Source: a virus
Taxonomy: Duplodnaviria > Heunggongvirae > Uroviricota > Caudoviricetes
Virus record (IMG/VR): IMGVR_UViG_2706794688_000010
Strand: one strand, 5' to 3'
Length of the DNA: 34,150 nt
The position numbers and the translations under genes were made by a program. The first letter of the stretch is position 1; each line of letters begins with the position of its first letter. Shown one piece after another: positions 1 through 9,947 of this stretch. The notes beneath the pieces are model-generated. The model was not told the DNA's origin. It did not search any database and saw only the letters and a list, made by a program, of their open reading frames with translations.

Positions 1-610
1 CTCAGTTGTTCAGGAATATGGTGCAGCAGCTCGCCGTCACCACAGTAAATGGCGGCATGATTCGGCACCGATGAACCAAAACAGCACAGCAGCACATCGC
101 CCGGCTGCGCCGTTGACAACGGCACCTGATACAGCCCTGTAGCCTCCAGATTATCCAGATAGAGATTCTGACCATTACGCCACCAGTCGTCCTCACGATG
201 AAAATCTGGCATCTCAATTCCCGCCAGATGGTAAGCGTCCCGGAACAGCGTGTAACAGTCCGTCACCCCGTGCTCAAAGCGCCGCCCGGTGAGATGCGGC
301 ACACAGCGGAACTTATGAATCGCCCCCCGGCAGACCAGCCACCACGGCAAATCACTCTGCACCTGCAGCCGCCGGTCGGCCTCACTCAGCCAGGGCAGAC
401 CACCGGGGTGGCTGTGGACCAGCGCCACAATCTCACCCTGCATCTCTGCCTGCAGCCAGTCCTCCGGAGCCATCCGGAAATACTCCTCCGGCTCACCGGA
501 AATATTCACGCAGGGAAAATATCTTTCCCCCTCCGGCGTTCTCACCACGAAGCCGCACGACTCCGCTGGCGCACATCGCCGGGCGTGCGCCAGAATCGCT
601 GATTCTGTCT
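1..610 (-). CDS. K: Tail assembly protein K-like, partial (N-terminus lost in N-run, C-terminus beyond window start)
   Basis: Minus-strand frame translated by hand gives ...AHARRCAPAESCGFVV...ALVHSHPGGLPWLSEADRRLQ...GVTDCYTLFRDAYHLAGIEMPDF...CCFGSSVPNHAAIYCGDGELLHHIPEQL, which matches my recollection of lambda gpK (HSHP metalloprotease-like motif plus NlpC/P60-like Cys/His region); sits downstream of L as in lambda. Confidence 0.85.
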
Positions 611-860
611 NNNNNNNNNNNNNNNNNNNNNNNNNNNNNNNNNNNNNNNNNNNNNNNNNNNNNNNNNNNNNNNNNNNNNNNNNNNNNNNNNNNNNNNNNN
701 NNNNNNNNNNNNNNNNNNNNNNNNNNNNNNNNNNNNNNNNNNNNNNNNNNNNNNNNNNNNNNNNNNNNNNNNNNNNNNNNNNNNNNNNNNNNNNNNNNNN
801 NNNNNNNNNNNNNNNNNNNNNNNNNNNNNNNNNNNNNNNNNNNNNNNNNNNNNNNNNNNN

Positions 861-1402
861 TCATCACCGCGATAGGTCCAGGTGCAGGTATTAGCAAGCA
901 TGATGCGCCCCGGAAAAACAGCGCCGTCCGTTTCCGTCGGCGTGGACAGTACAAAGGAGGCACTGACCGCGCTCAGTTCGCTGCACTGCTCAATACGCCA
1001 GCGGCTGATCACCTCCTGCTCCGGATCGGCGTCACTGTTTCCGTTGACGAAGTTCACCGCATCCAGAAAACGGGCGTAAACCTTACGCCTGACCACCGTT
1101 CCGCCGACCAGACTCTGCAGGTCTTCCGCCATCCCGGTGACCATGCCGTGCAGATTAGAGACTTTCAGCGTTGGCCTTGCACTGGCACCTTTGCCGTTCA
1201 TCTCAAATCCACTCCCCTGAATGGGATAGGCCTGATACTGCCGACTCTGCCAGGTGACAGACTCTCCTTTCTCGTTCTGCTCATTGCAGAAAAAGTAGCG
1301 ATCCCCGCCTACCTCGGTCAGGTCGATTTCCCAGAGCACCACGCTGGCCGACTGCTCCGCACGAATGCATTCATTCAGCGTTTCCTGTTGTATGTCCTGC
1401 AT
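861..1402 (-). CDS. L: Minor tail protein L (C-terminus lost in N-run)
   Basis: Translation [72 protein letters not shown]... is near-identical to lambda gpL as I recall it; order H-M-L-K is conserved. Confidence 0.9.
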
Positions 1403-1740
1403 CAGATCACCACTTCGTCAAACTGACACGAAAAATCGGTATAGGTGATATGTTCTGTCGCTGACCACGTTCGACACACCACTCTGATTTTTCTGTTAAT
1501 ACCCGGCGGGCGCCAAAAAAAAGATTTATAGCCTTCATGCCGGGCTAAAAATTTTTCAAATGAATCACGTTCATTCGCCTCAACTTTGAAATCACAGGTG
1601 AAAACGCGCAGAGAATGATTAAGTCCATTTGGACTTCGTTGCTCATAACCATCACCAAATCTTACAGTTTTTATCGATGGTTTATTTTCTGTTTTCATTC
1701 CATCCTCTGGTAACCAGTGAAATTCTTCCGTATTAGCCAC
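1402..1740 (-). CDS. M: Minor tail protein M
   Basis: 112 aa, GTG start overlapping the H stop; ...[35 protein letters not shown]...KSFFWRPP... aligns with lambda gpM (FRWKVKPGM...VRFGDGYSQRAPAGLN...KSFLWTPP). Confidence 0.85.
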   Translation of the reverse strand: MANTEEFHWLPEDGMKTENKPSIKTVRFGDGYEQRSPNGLNHSLRVFTCDFKVEANERDSFEKFLARHEGYKSFFWRPPGINRKIRVVCRTWSATEHITYTDFSCQFDEVVI

Positions 1741-4700
1741 TTAACATTCCCCCATCACGTCGCATATTTAACAGATTGCCCTGCACCCGCTGATCAACCA
1801 TCCCCATAAGTGCTTTTATTGCCTGAGGGCCAATCTCTCCATTCTGGCCGTCATTTTGAATAGTGATTTGGTATACAGGGGCATAGGTAATATCTCCGCC
1901 TCCATTACCACTTTTACTATTAATAGCTCTGACACCAAGAGAACCATCGGAAGTTCGTGTTAATGGCATAATGGCTTCCGGTCCAGCCTCACCAAAAACA
2001 CCAGCCCCTTTTGCAAAAGCAAAAAATTGCGGGGAATCATAAATACCGTTCGAATACGTGCTCAATGACGGAGACTCATAAACACCGCCCTTTGCATTCG
2101 GAATAAATTTACTAATAGCACTCCCGATAGTTCCTAAAATCCCCCCAGAAGAACTGTTACTAATGCTGTCGAAAATCCCAGTAATTGAAGCCTTTAATGC
2201 TATTCGACTAAGATCCGAAATCACGGAAGTAGCGAAAGAACGAAAATTTGCCTTGCCTGTCGTGACAAAATCACCCAGCGCATCGGTCATCCCATCAAAC
2301 ATCTGAGTCGTGGTTGATTTTATCTGCTCACTGATATCCTTAGTGTCATCCAGCCAGTTATTGAATCCCTGGGAGGCACCACTAACCCAGTCTCCTGCCT
2401 GAATATCGAGCTGCTCGTTTTTCTGTCTGACAATTTCTTTTTCCCGTTCCAGAGCATCATTCAGAGCCTGCATTTTCTCTTGAAAAACATGATCTGACAT
2501 TCCACGGGATTTATCTGCATAGTCACGTTCAAGTTGCAGACGCTGATTGTTATATCCATGTTCAATCCGCAGTAATTCCTGCTGGCGTTGCTGATTTTTA
2601 TCGCCAACCCCATAACCAGCAATCTGAATATCATACCCCTGCTGACGATTATCAATCGAAGCCTGCAATGAATCACGCCATGCTGTTATTTCGGCGGATT
2701 CCTTGATTAGCCTGTTATTTTTTTCAATCGCAACATTTTTCTCCATCAACGTGGTTATTTCTTCCCGGTGTAAGAGAAGCGATTTCTGATCCTGGGTTAA
2801 TTTCGATGATGGTCGTGACTCTAGGTCGGCAATCCGCTGACGCCACTTAACCAGTTCCTGTTCAGAGGAACTTAATTTAACGGTCAACTCAGCTTGTGAA
2901 CTTAGTAACGCATTCTGTTGATTCAGATGATCAATCATTCGTTGGGCTGCATCATCAGAATAACCTTTCGCCTTTGGTTGCTTTGGATCTTTATAACGCT
3001 CATTTATTTGAGCGATAAGATTATTATATTCTTCCTTTGAATACTGATTCTTTAGCTTTTCCAGTTTTGCAAGTTCACTAGCTCTCTGCTGCTCCCGGGT
3101 CTGATATTGTTTTGAAAAGGCATCTGCTCTCTGTCTGAGTTCAATTCCTTCCTGTTGTCGCTTGTTGTAATCGTTTATTGATGAATTTAGTACGTCCTGA
3201 GCAATTTTTTCTGCTTGAAGTACGCCCAATTGCTGCTTTAATCGTGCCAGCCTTTTATTTTGAGCTCCGCCATCTCCAATGCCACCTAACCCGAAAACTC
3301 CGGGTCGGGTATTTTTTTCTATTTCATCAATTTGACGGAGAACATCTGAGATTTTTTGATCAAGGGAGGCCTCACGGCCAATATCCAGCATGGAATCCCA
3401 TGCCCATTTTGCGGAGTCTGCGACAGCTTTCCATGCAGTCTCAAGATAACCAAGATTTTCTTTAATCTGGTTGGTGCGCTGGATCATTGAGGATGAGTAT
3501 TCTTCTGTCGCAATGCGGGCGGCCTCCTGCTGGTTCCCTTCATCCTGTAGCGCCTTAATCTGGTTATAAGTCGCAAGTGTCAGAAAATGGTACTGATCAT
3601 TAAGTTTTGATATGGCACTGACAGGATCCTTTGCAATTTCATTGAAGTCATTAACCAGTTGTTCGGTTGATATTCCTGTTACTTCGCTCGTTTTTACTAT
3701 CGCTGTCGTCACTTGCTCCAGCGAACTGCTCGCTACCTTTCCCGAACGCACAAGCTGATTTAATACTGCCGCCGCAGCACCAGTTGTCGAATCAGCCGCA
3801 TTCCCGGCACGTTGAGCTATATCGCCCAATTGCCCGCTGGTTGTCCCCAACTGATTTCCGGTAAGAATAAGAGATTTATTAAATTCGTCCTGCTCCTGAG
3901 AGCCTTTATAGTAAGCCAGTCCTAAGACCCCAACGGCTGCTGCGGCCAGGGTAAAAGGATTAATTAATCCCAGCACATAAGAACCTACACCTTTGATCGC
4001 CGGGCCAATCCCACCGAACATATCTTTTAGCTGGCCGCCCTGCTGCATTAACACCATAAATGGCGACTGACCAGTGGACAACCCAACAACAATATCCGTC
4101 ATTTGTACAGGCAACATGCGCATAGCAAAAGCCGTTTGTTTTGCCGACATTCCGGTTTTGCTTAATTGTGATTGAGTAACCTCAAGCTCACTCCGCATAG
4201 CACGAAGTTTTCCAGAAAGCTCCTCATACATTTCAGGAGAAAGCATCCCCTTAGCTTTTGCTTCATTGAGCTGTTTCTGTTGTTCTACCAGACGATTAAA
4301 AGCAGTTCCGACAGGATCAAGTTGAGCAATCAGACGTTGCAAAGCAACAACCTGTTCATCATGCGCTTTTGCTGCTTCTCGCTCTGCCTGAGCCTCTCCG
4401 GTAAGCTCTCGCCGTGTTTCCTGTATTTTTCGGCTATAATTCTCAAACTGAGAACCATTTATTTTCCCGGATGCAAACGCAGCATTAAGTTCATCATGCT
4501 GTTGTTCAAGATTTCTTAGCGCCGCAGCCAGAGGGTCGATCTTGTCCAGCATTCTTTGAAAGGCCTGAGCCTGCGCTTCCTGCTGGGCGGCAGCAAGTTT
4601 TCCGGCCTTCTCGGCTTCTCTCTGCGCTTGCGCAACCCCGCTCAATTCCTCTGTGGTTTCATTAAGTTTACGGACAAGAAATTCATATTCTTCTTTATCA

Positions 4701-4966
4701 ATAAGCCCTTTATCGAAAAATTTCTTTAATTCAGAATAGCGTCGACCGACAGTATCAATTGCGGCACCAACTGGATCAATAGCTGCTTTTAATTTTGCGA
4801 GCGCGTTCTTCTCATCTTCTGTTGCCTTAGTCACTTTCCCTGCGCTATTTGCAGCAGTTTCCCCAGCCTGCGTCATTTTGACTAATGAGGAGGTCAGATT
4901 GTCAGCATTATTTTTCGCTCCAGTGCTATCAATAATTATTGCGAGACGCGAGGTTTGCTCTGCCAT
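1733..4966 (-). CDS. H: Tail tape measure protein (H-like, 1077 aa)
   Basis: Very long ORF between the chaperone genes and M; N-terminal coiled-coil repeats, central hydrophobic segment ([24 protein letters not shown]...), lambda-H-like C-terminus; AGGAG RBS 8 nt before the ATG at 4966. Confidence 0.9.
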   Translation of the reverse strand: MAEQTSRLAIIIDSTGAKNNADNLTSSLVKMTQAGETAANSAGKVTKATEDEKNALAKLKAAIDPVGAAIDTVGRRYSELKKFFDKGLIDKEEYEFLVRKLNETTEELSGVAQAQREAEKAGKLAAAQQEAQAQAFQRMLDKIDPLAAALRNLEQQHDELNAAFASGKINGSQFENYSRKIQETRRELTGEAQAEREAAKAHDEQVVALQRLIAQLDPVGTAFNRLVEQQKQLNEAKAKGMLSPEMYEELSGKLRAMRSELEVTQSQLSKTGMSAKQTAFAMRMLPVQMTDIVVGLSTGQSPFMVLMQQGGQLKDMFGGIGPAIKGVGSYVLGLINPFTLAAAAVGVLGLAYYKGSQEQDEFNKSLILTGNQLGTTSGQLGDIAQRAGNAADSTTGAAAAVLNQLVRSGKVASSSLEQVTTAIVKTSEVTGISTEQLVNDFNEIAKDPVSAISKLNDQYHFLTLATYNQIKALQDEGNQQEAARIATEEYSSSMIQRTNQIKENLGYLETAWKAVADSAKWAWDSMLDIGREASLDQKISDVLRQIDEIEKNTRPGVFGLGGIGDGGAQNKRLARLKQQLGVLQAEKIAQDVLNSSINDYNKRQQEGIELRQRADAFSKQYQTREQQRASELAKLEKLKNQYSKEEYNNLIAQINERYKDPKQPKAKGYSDDAAQRMIDHLNQQNALLSSQAELTVKLSSSEQELVKWRQRIADLESRPSSKLTQDQKSLLLHREEITTLMEKNVAIEKNNRLIKESAEITAWRDSLQASIDNRQQGYDIQIAGYGVGDKNQQRQQELLRIEHGYNNQRLQLERDYADKSRGMSDHVFQEKMQALNDALEREKEIVRQKNEQLDIQAGDWVSGASQGFNNWLDDTKDISEQIKSTTTQMFDGMTDALGDFVTTGKANFRSFATSVISDLSRIALKASITGIFDSISNSSSGGILGTIGSAISKFIPNAKGGVYESPSLSTYSNGIYDSPQFFAFAKGAGVFGEAGPEAIMPLTRTSDGSLGVRAINSKSGNGGGDITYAPVYQITIQNDGQNGEIGPQAIKALMGMVDQRVQGNLLNMRRDGGMLSG

Positions 4967-4980
4967 TTATTAAAACTCCT

Positions 4981-5011
4981 GACAACAAAAAACCCACCGC
5001 GAAGTGGGTTT
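4981..5011 (-). terminator. Stem-loop plus U-run immediately upstream of the H ribosome-binding site (attenuator/terminator-like)
   Basis: Minus strand reads AAACCCAC-TTCGCG-GTGGGTTT followed by TTTGTTGTC, then AGGAG and the H start codon; 8-bp perfect stem. Confidence 0.4.
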
Positions 5012-5131
5012 CAGGCGACATAATAGTAGATATAGCGATTACGAGGCCACGCAATGCTTTTCTCCAGGAGCATCATCGATTTAATTAAAGACACCATCAC
5101 ATCTCTGTAACAGAGTGTACGTAATTAACAA

Positions 5132-5452
5132 CTACACACACTGCTCCTGAAAATACTGGTCATCCAGTGCAAAGATCACTGCTTCAAATTCATCGCGCTC
5201 AATCAATACCGGATGAGTGGCTAAATATTCATTTATCTCTGTCAGAGATAAAGGCAAAGGCACCCCAGCCATTCCAGCATAACGTCGGGCACGGGATATT
5301 ACCGAATAGGCGTACAACAACTCCTTAAGCACCGGGTCTATTTCTGGTTCCGGTATCGGTGGCAACCTGAGTTTTTCTCGCTTCCATCTTGCCTTTTCCC
5401 CCCTTTCTCCCCCGAACTCCGATAACCACCGCTGGGCAGCTATGGCTTTTTT
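5132..5452 (-). CDS. T-segment of the tail assembly chaperone G-T fusion (reached by -1 frameshift)
   Basis: The -1 frame is open from the slippery site at the end of G down to the stop at 5132 (…KKAIAAQRWLSEFGGERGEKARWKREKLRLPPIPEPEIDPVLKELLYAY…); position between G and H is canonical. Confidence 0.6.
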   Translation of the reverse strand, partial: KKAIAAQRWLSEFGGERGEKARWKREKLRLPPIPEPEIDPVLKELLYAYSVISRARRYAGMAGVPLPLSLTEINEYLATHPVLIERDEFEAVIFALDDQYFQEQCV

Positions 5453-5901
5453 ATCGTATCCTGCTTCTGCTGCTCTTTACCCTGGGCGATGCTGGCTGCT
5501 TCTGCAAGGATCTGCCAGTACAACTCTGGATTCTGCTTAAGCAGCGCGATCCCTCGTTCTGCCGTATATTCCAGTGCAACCTCAACACCATTAACCAGTT
5601 CACCAACCCCTTTCCAGTCTTTCAGCAGATAACGAGCGGCATTATCAATGAGTAAATCATCAACAGAATCCACCTCGGAAACCTTTGAAATATCAAACTC
5701 CTTCGTTCCGACGTGCAAACTGGCATCCATTTTCTCAATGTGGCGACGGATTAATGCATTACGGGAGCGATACTGATCGTTATCGCTGCTTGCCACCAAC
5801 AGTTTTAACCCGTCTACAGGTTTTAAGTCCTTCATTGGCGTAAACCAGCGTTCTCCACCAATGATAATTTTCTGATTAAGAATAAACATCCATAACCTCA
5901 T
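5440..5901 (-). CDS. Tail assembly chaperone (G-like)
   Basis: 153 aa ORF directly upstream of the tape measure gene and downstream of the major tail gene; terminates 2 codons after a slippery heptamer. Alternative ATG at 5889 has a GAGG RBS. Confidence 0.7.
   Translation of the reverse strand: MRLWMFILNQKIIIGGERWFTPMKDLKPVDGLKLLVASSDNDQYRSRNALIRRHIEKMDASLHVGTKEFDISKVSEVDSVDDLLIDNAARYLLKDWKGVGELVNGVEVALEYTAERGIALLKQNPELYWQILAEAASIAQGKEQQKQDTIKKP
5446..5452 (-). other. Programmed -1 ribosomal frameshift slippery heptamer A_AAA_AAG
   Basis: G ends ...GAT ACG ATA AAA AAG CCA TAG; the heptamer A AAA AAG is in the X_XXY_YYZ register 2 codons before the G stop, and the -1 frame continues open into the T segment. 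Confidence 0.6.
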
Positions 5902-5949
5902 TCAATGCGTCCCCCTGTAGGGCAGTACCACAGGAGGAATAACGGAAAA

Positions 5950-6912
5950 TCAACTAATCGCCTCAGCACTGGCTTTTGCGATCACGGCAGCCGGGGAATT
6001 TTTTTTTCTGGTTATCGTAGGTGCTTCATCTGCTGCGGTAATGCTCAATTGAACCTGGATAATGTCGCTATTACCCCCATCAGGCCATTCACCTGACACC
6101 TGAACCTTCGGGAAACTGAAAGTGTATGCCCCCTCTCCATTCGAAAGCGTGAAGCTGAACGGAACTGTTTCTCCAGTCAGTGTTTTACTCCAGATTTCCC
6201 ACGCGGCTTTAGACCATGAAAGCGTCACCGTACCGGACGGTGTAAAAGTAGTCGGAATATTTGCTCCTGCATAAGGCGAGCCAGTCCCGATACAACGCTG
6301 TGTCTGGAGTTTGTTATCGAACTGAATATCAAAACTGTCGATACAAAAACCGTTACCTCCGGCAACACCATTCAGGCTTACTGCTGAAACCTCCTTAAAC
6401 GAATAACGTAGCTTTCCTGCACTATCCACAGGTTCGCCTTTGATAAAATTCGTATCATCGGCCTTTGATTCCCAGTCCAGTCCGGCAAAGGTTACGGTCG
6501 CTGTAATATCGCCGTCGTTAGGGATCTGCATTTTCCATGAGCCAACCTGCGCTCCTCTGACGACAGAGGCAATTCCGACATCGGACGCATAGGTCGCCAG
6601 AGAAAATGTTATTCGCTCATTCCCCATTGTCAGAGAATCGCCTGACCATTCCGCGCCGAAACAGGATGCAAGAAAATCATCATGTTGACCCCAGCGAAAT
6701 TTGGTACCAACATCACCGCCGACATCCACAGTGCCAGGCGTCGCCCCCTGAGCCATCCGGGAGCCACCAATCTCATTATTTTCGCCTTTATTCTGGGTGG
6801 GTTTTACTCCCCAGCTTGTGCGTTTTAATAAACTCCAGTCACCACTTGCTGGCGTAGTGCCTGCAACCGTCTCCCGGATAAATGCCGAGATAACCTTTGC
6901 ACCTGAACTCAC
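5950..6912 (-). CDS. Major tail (tube) protein with C-terminal Ig-like extension
   Basis: 320 aa, GTG start with AGGAGG RBS 6 nt upstream; occupies the V position (after U-like, before chaperones); Thr/Ser/Gly-rich beta-type composition. Confidence 0.75.
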   Translation of the reverse strand: MSSGAKVISAFIRETVAGTTPASGDWSLLKRTSWGVKPTQNKGENNEIGGSRMAQGATPGTVDVGGDVGTKFRWGQHDDFLASCFGAEWSGDSLTMGNERITFSLATYASDVGIASVVRGAQVGSWKMQIPNDGDITATVTFAGLDWESKADDTNFIKGEPVDSAGKLRYSFKEVSAVSLNGVAGGNGFCIDSFDIQFDNKLQTQRCIGTGSPYAGANIPTTFTPSGTVTLSWSKAAWEIWSKTLTGETVPFSFTLSNGEGAYTFSFPKVQVSGEWPDGGNSDIIQVQLSITAADEAPTITRKKNSPAAVIAKASAEAIS

Positions 6913-6938
6913 AGGAGCCTCCTATGTCATTAATTGCG

Positions 6939-7331
6939 CTAGAGCGCGCGATATGGAATTTGAAGATTAAGCTGGAACCAGCCATTCTTTTCGCCAACGG
7001 CTATTGAGGAAACAGCCTGGTAACTGAGACGATCGTCATCCTGAAACTCAAACAGTTCCCGCAATTTATCGGCTGTCTCAGTAATGAGTTTTGAACCAGA
7101 ACCTGCGGGGACAAATAACTGAATAATGATTATCCCCGTGCGATAAACAACCGGCCCCGCGCCAATTTCATTAACTCCAGCCTGCCCGGGAATATTACTT
7201 AACCGCGCCCAGATTAACTTACCGGAAGGATCGAACGTTGGCCCGTTCGGATACAATACGTCTTTTCCATCAATAATCGTCTGTGCCGTCATTCTGGAAA
7301 TAACCGTATTTCTGATTTCAGTAAACTTCAT
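6939..7331 (-). CDS. Tail terminator protein (U-like position)
   Basis: 130 aa ORF between Z-like and major tail genes; start overlaps the upstream gene by 4 nt (translational coupling). Confidence 0.55.
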   Translation of the reverse strand: MKFTEIRNTVISRMTAQTIIDGKDVLYPNGPTFDPSGKLIWARLSNIPGQAGVNEIGAGPVVYRTGIIIIQLFVPAGSGSKLITETADKLRELFEFQDDDRLSYQAVSSIAVGEKNGWFQLNLQIPYRAL

Positions 7332-7708
7332 TTGTAAGCCTGTAAAACACCATGAAAAGCGTTGGCATACACGCCAGTTGGCGCTTGTTGTGAATGACCG
7401 TTTTCAAGAGCCTCTGCATAAGGAAGGTTATTCTGGATATAAATAACCCCGTAATTTGCAGCTTTCGAAATAACCCCGATCCCACGCTGAACAGCAATCG
7501 TACCGTTCGGATCCACGTTATCAGATATACCAAAATCGGGATGCTGTAACGACACCAGGTTGTTATTTCTGAAACGTCCGGTATCAACCGGAGCAGCAAT
7601 ATCAATAGCAGTAAGAATCTGCATAGCGATGTAGCGAATCTTCAGCCCTACATCTTCCTCAATCATCCCGGCAAATATTGACGGTTCTATATCCCATGCC
7701 TTTGCCAT
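7328..7708 (-). CDS. Tail completion / neck protein (HK97 gp10-like, Z position)
   Basis: 126 aa; position and size; motif ...NNLPYAEALENGHSQQAP... resembles the HK97 gp10 family as I recall it. Confidence 0.5.
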   Translation of the reverse strand: MAKAWDIEPSIFAGMIEEDVGLKIRYIAMQILTAIDIAAPVDTGRFRNNNLVSLQHPDFGISDNVDPNGTIAVQRGIGVISKAANYGVIYIQNNLPYAEALENGHSQQAPTGVYANAFHGVLQAYK

Positions 7709-8092
7709 TTACGCTCTCCTTAACTGGATAGAGTAAACTGATGCGGAAGGATCTACACTTGCTGTAATTACCTCGTATCGTTGTAACTGCCTTGATACAG
7801 GATCATAAATCTCAATAATATGGTCGACAGCTGGTTTATCCGTAACCTCGCATACCAGAGCGGTTAATTTAAGGTCACCATGCAAAATATTAATCCCATC
7901 AATTCTGCCCAGCTTATAACGTGTCAACACGCCTCGCCCGGTATAGATTGCGGTTGATTCGCCGCCAGTTTCCGTCACAGGATCCCAGTGCCGGTGCGTA
8001 ACGTAAGAACCAGAAAAATCACTCACGGCGTCCGCTAAATCCTCATCAAAAGCAGCGGCAACCTCTGACTGAATCTCTTCACGAAGCCCCAT
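7709..8092 (-). CDS. Head-tail joining / head closure protein (FII position)
   Basis: 127 aa ORF in the head-tail connector block; tightly packed with neighbours. Confidence 0.5.
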   Translation of the reverse strand: MGLREEIQSEVAAAFDEDLADAVSDFSGSYVTHRHWDPVTETGGESTAIYTGRGVLTRYKLGRIDGINILHGDLKLTALVCEVTDKPAVDHIIEIYDPVSRQLQRYEVITASVDPSASVYSIQLRRA

Positions 8093-8487
8093 TATCCCCC
8101 CCTCACAACCCTGACTTGTGAGCGACTAAGTCCGTACGGTTTCAGCAGTGCTATCGCAAGCTGTAAATCGGGTTCAAGCAATGCAGTGCTGTTTGCTGGC
8201 AACTCAGAAAATGATTTCGATACACTGACCCCGTCAGCCGACACGGCTTTACTGATAACAACGCCAGAATCATTTTTCTGCTGAAACAACTTACCGAATG
8301 AGGCAATTCTGGCTGCATATGCTCCCGCAAGTTTTACCTCTTCCGGAATACGGGATGGGTTAATTTTCAGGTTGAAGCCATTAAGCCAGGCATTAGCCAT
8401 TAAAACAGCTTTATTTTTAGCGTTCTCACTCGTCCAGGCGTTCCCAAACGCATTATCAACGTCATCACAGGTCACGTAAGTGATCAT
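8092..8487 (-). CDS. Head-tail connector protein (gp6-like)
   Basis: 131 aa ORF, first gene of the connector block downstream of the capsid gene. Confidence 0.5.
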   Translation of the reverse strand: MITYVTCDDVDNAFGNAWTSENAKNKAVLMANAWLNGFNLKINPSRIPEEVKLAGAYAARIASFGKLFQQKNDSGVVISKAVSADGVSVSKSFSELPANSTALLEPDLQLAIALLKPYGLSRSQVRVVRGG

Positions 8488-8490
8488 GTG

Positions 8491-8667
8491 TTACTCCTGA
8501 GTTTTCCAGCCCATAGCCTTCCAGTTGTCAACTTCATCAGGATGAACATTAGCGATAGTTGGTGCGCCGGGAAACATCTGATAATCGGTCACCATAACCA
8601 CTAACTCAATTTGCGTTTTTTGTGCGGCTTCACGCTGTGCTCTTTGCTCTTTAGTTAATCCGGCCAT
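8491..8667 (-). CDS. Small hypothetical protein (58 aa)
   Basis: Hand-translated MAGLTKEQRAQREAAQKTQIELVVMVTDYQMFPGAPTIANVHPDEVDNWKAMGWKTQE; G-rich RBS before the ATG; not in the ORF track because under 60 aa. Confidence 0.4.
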   Translation of the reverse strand: MAGLTKEQRAQREAAQKTQIELVVMVTDYQMFPGAPTIANVHPDEVDNWKAMGWKTQE

Positions 8668-8676
8668 ATGCCCCCC

Positions 8677-8699
8677 ATTAAAAATGGGGCCGAAGCCCC
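8677..8699 (-). terminator. Rho-independent terminator after the major capsid gene
   Basis: Minus strand GGGGC-TTCG-GCCCC followed by ATTTTTAAT; lies between the capsid stop (8710) and the small ORF. Confidence 0.6.
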
Positions 8700-8709
8700 G
8701 TTTGAATGT

Positions 8710-9849
8710 TTAACCAAGAATCAGACAACCATGTGCCGGCTTCACTGATGAAACACCCCATGCCAGTCCAACTTCATAGCGCACCTGGCGATACTGACGA
8801 TACAGTGCAATCTGGAACGTAATCCCTGAAATCGGGTCCGTAACATTCATTACATCATCAGCATTATCGCCACCTTCCGGCATTGCCGGAGTACGGGATG
8901 CCAGCAGAAACGCGTTGCGATCAAACGCCATATTTGCAGTAAAGGCCCCAACAACTGTGATGGCAGTATCATCGGCCAGATCCTGACGCAGTCCGGGCGC
9001 TGCAAGAGTAATCAGATTGCTGGTCGCTGCTGCCACAACATACTGATTCGGATCACCAGCGAACGTAACAATCTGACCTGCAGAAATACTCCCCGAACCA
9101 GTATCAATGGAAATAAGAACATCGCCTTCTTTTTTCTCTCCATTCACGAGATAACCAGTTGCAGCAACCTTTGGCGCTCGTTTCACACCTGCCGAACTGT
9201 GAATATTGAATCCCTCCAGACGCCCCAACACGCCCTCACGCAGTAGCTGTTCAGTGCCGGATTCATTCACTTTAAACAATACAGACTGTTTTCCGCGCAA
9301 ATTAGCAATGGCAGTGGAGCCAAGCACCATCTGCAGATCGGTTGTCGGTGCGCCGTTATCCTCCAGAACCTGACGAGCCAGAGCAGCATCAGAAAGATCA
9401 TCTTTAACACCAAACGGCGTTGTCCCTGCGGTTCCCACGGCGCGGGAAGCACCGAAATACAACGCACCAAGATCAGCCTCAACCTCGTTTGCAAGGGCGC
9501 GAAAAGCCTGCTTGAACTGATCAGCCAGAATGGTGTTGTAAGTCCCTGAAGGGCCAAGAGCCAGTTGTTCTTCACCATTCCATTTAACCGGTGCCATTTT
9601 GGATTTAGTAATTTTTACATCAACAGTGCCAATATTTTGATCACCGGTATTCGGAGCTGACGGCCCCGGTACGATATCTTCGGTTTTCGCCTCAGGCGCA
9701 ACTGGCGCGGTTACCGTCTGATCTTTTGCTGCGGCGTCAGCTTTTGCGTTTTTTGCTACCGCAGGGATAAAACCTACCTGCTCACGGGATACAACATCCA
9801 GGGCGGTATAAATAGTCGGGATCAACCCGGTCAGGGTATTTCCAGCCAT
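8710..9849 (-). CDS. Major capsid protein
   Basis: Large ORF directly downstream of the scaffold gene; likely start MAGNTLTGLIPTIYTAL... at 9849 (the track ORF extends to 9942 but its first 31 codons lack an RBS); strong terminator follows. Confidence 0.75.
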   Translation of the reverse strand: MAGNTLTGLIPTIYTALDVVSREQVGFIPAVAKNAKADAAAKDQTVTAPVAPEAKTEDIVPGPSAPNTGDQNIGTVDVKITKSKMAPVKWNGEEQLALGPSGTYNTILADQFKQAFRALANEVEADLGALYFGASRAVGTAGTTPFGVKDDLSDAALARQVLEDNGAPTTDLQMVLGSTAIANLRGKQSVLFKVNESGTEQLLREGVLGRLEGFNIHSSAGVKRAPKVAATGYLVNGEKKEGDVLISIDTGSGSISAGQIVTFAGDPNQYVVAAATSNLITLAAPGLRQDLADDTAITVVGAFTANMAFDRNAFLLASRTPAMPEGGDNADDVMNVTDPISGITFQIALYRQYRQVRYEVGLAWGVSSVKPAHGCLILG

Positions 9850-9947
9850 AATTAAATATTCCTTAAAAATTTGCGTAATTGTGAATAGATGGAGTAATGA
9901 GCTATCCAGCCCTGACACCAGCTCCCATCCGGAAGCTGACAAATGTG

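Noticed and set aside
198-602. 134-aa plus-strand ORF at the left end
   Set aside because: Antisense to the K-like gene, whose minus-strand translation is clearly homologous to lambda gpK; Pro/Arg-rich low-complexity product typical of a shadow ORF.
493-1402. ORFs in the track that run through the N-run 611-860 (156 aa and 286 aa with X stretches)
   Set aside because: Their extension across N is an artefact; the real genes are L (861-1402) and K (1-610), and the 250-N run is not a multiple of 3 so frames cannot be carried across.
2461-4519. Several 65-115 aa ORFs on both strands inside the tape measure gene (2461-2676, 3178-3465, 3667-3864, 4172-4519)
   Set aside because: All lie within or antisense to the 1077-aa tape measure ORF and have low-complexity translations; no independent start signals.
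9267-9578. 103-aa ORF in an alternative minus-strand frame within the major capsid gene (also 9897-10259, 9977-10234, 10091-10321, 10376-10666)
   Set aside because: Overlap the capsid or scaffold coding frames; Arg/Leu/Trp-rich shadow-ORF composition.
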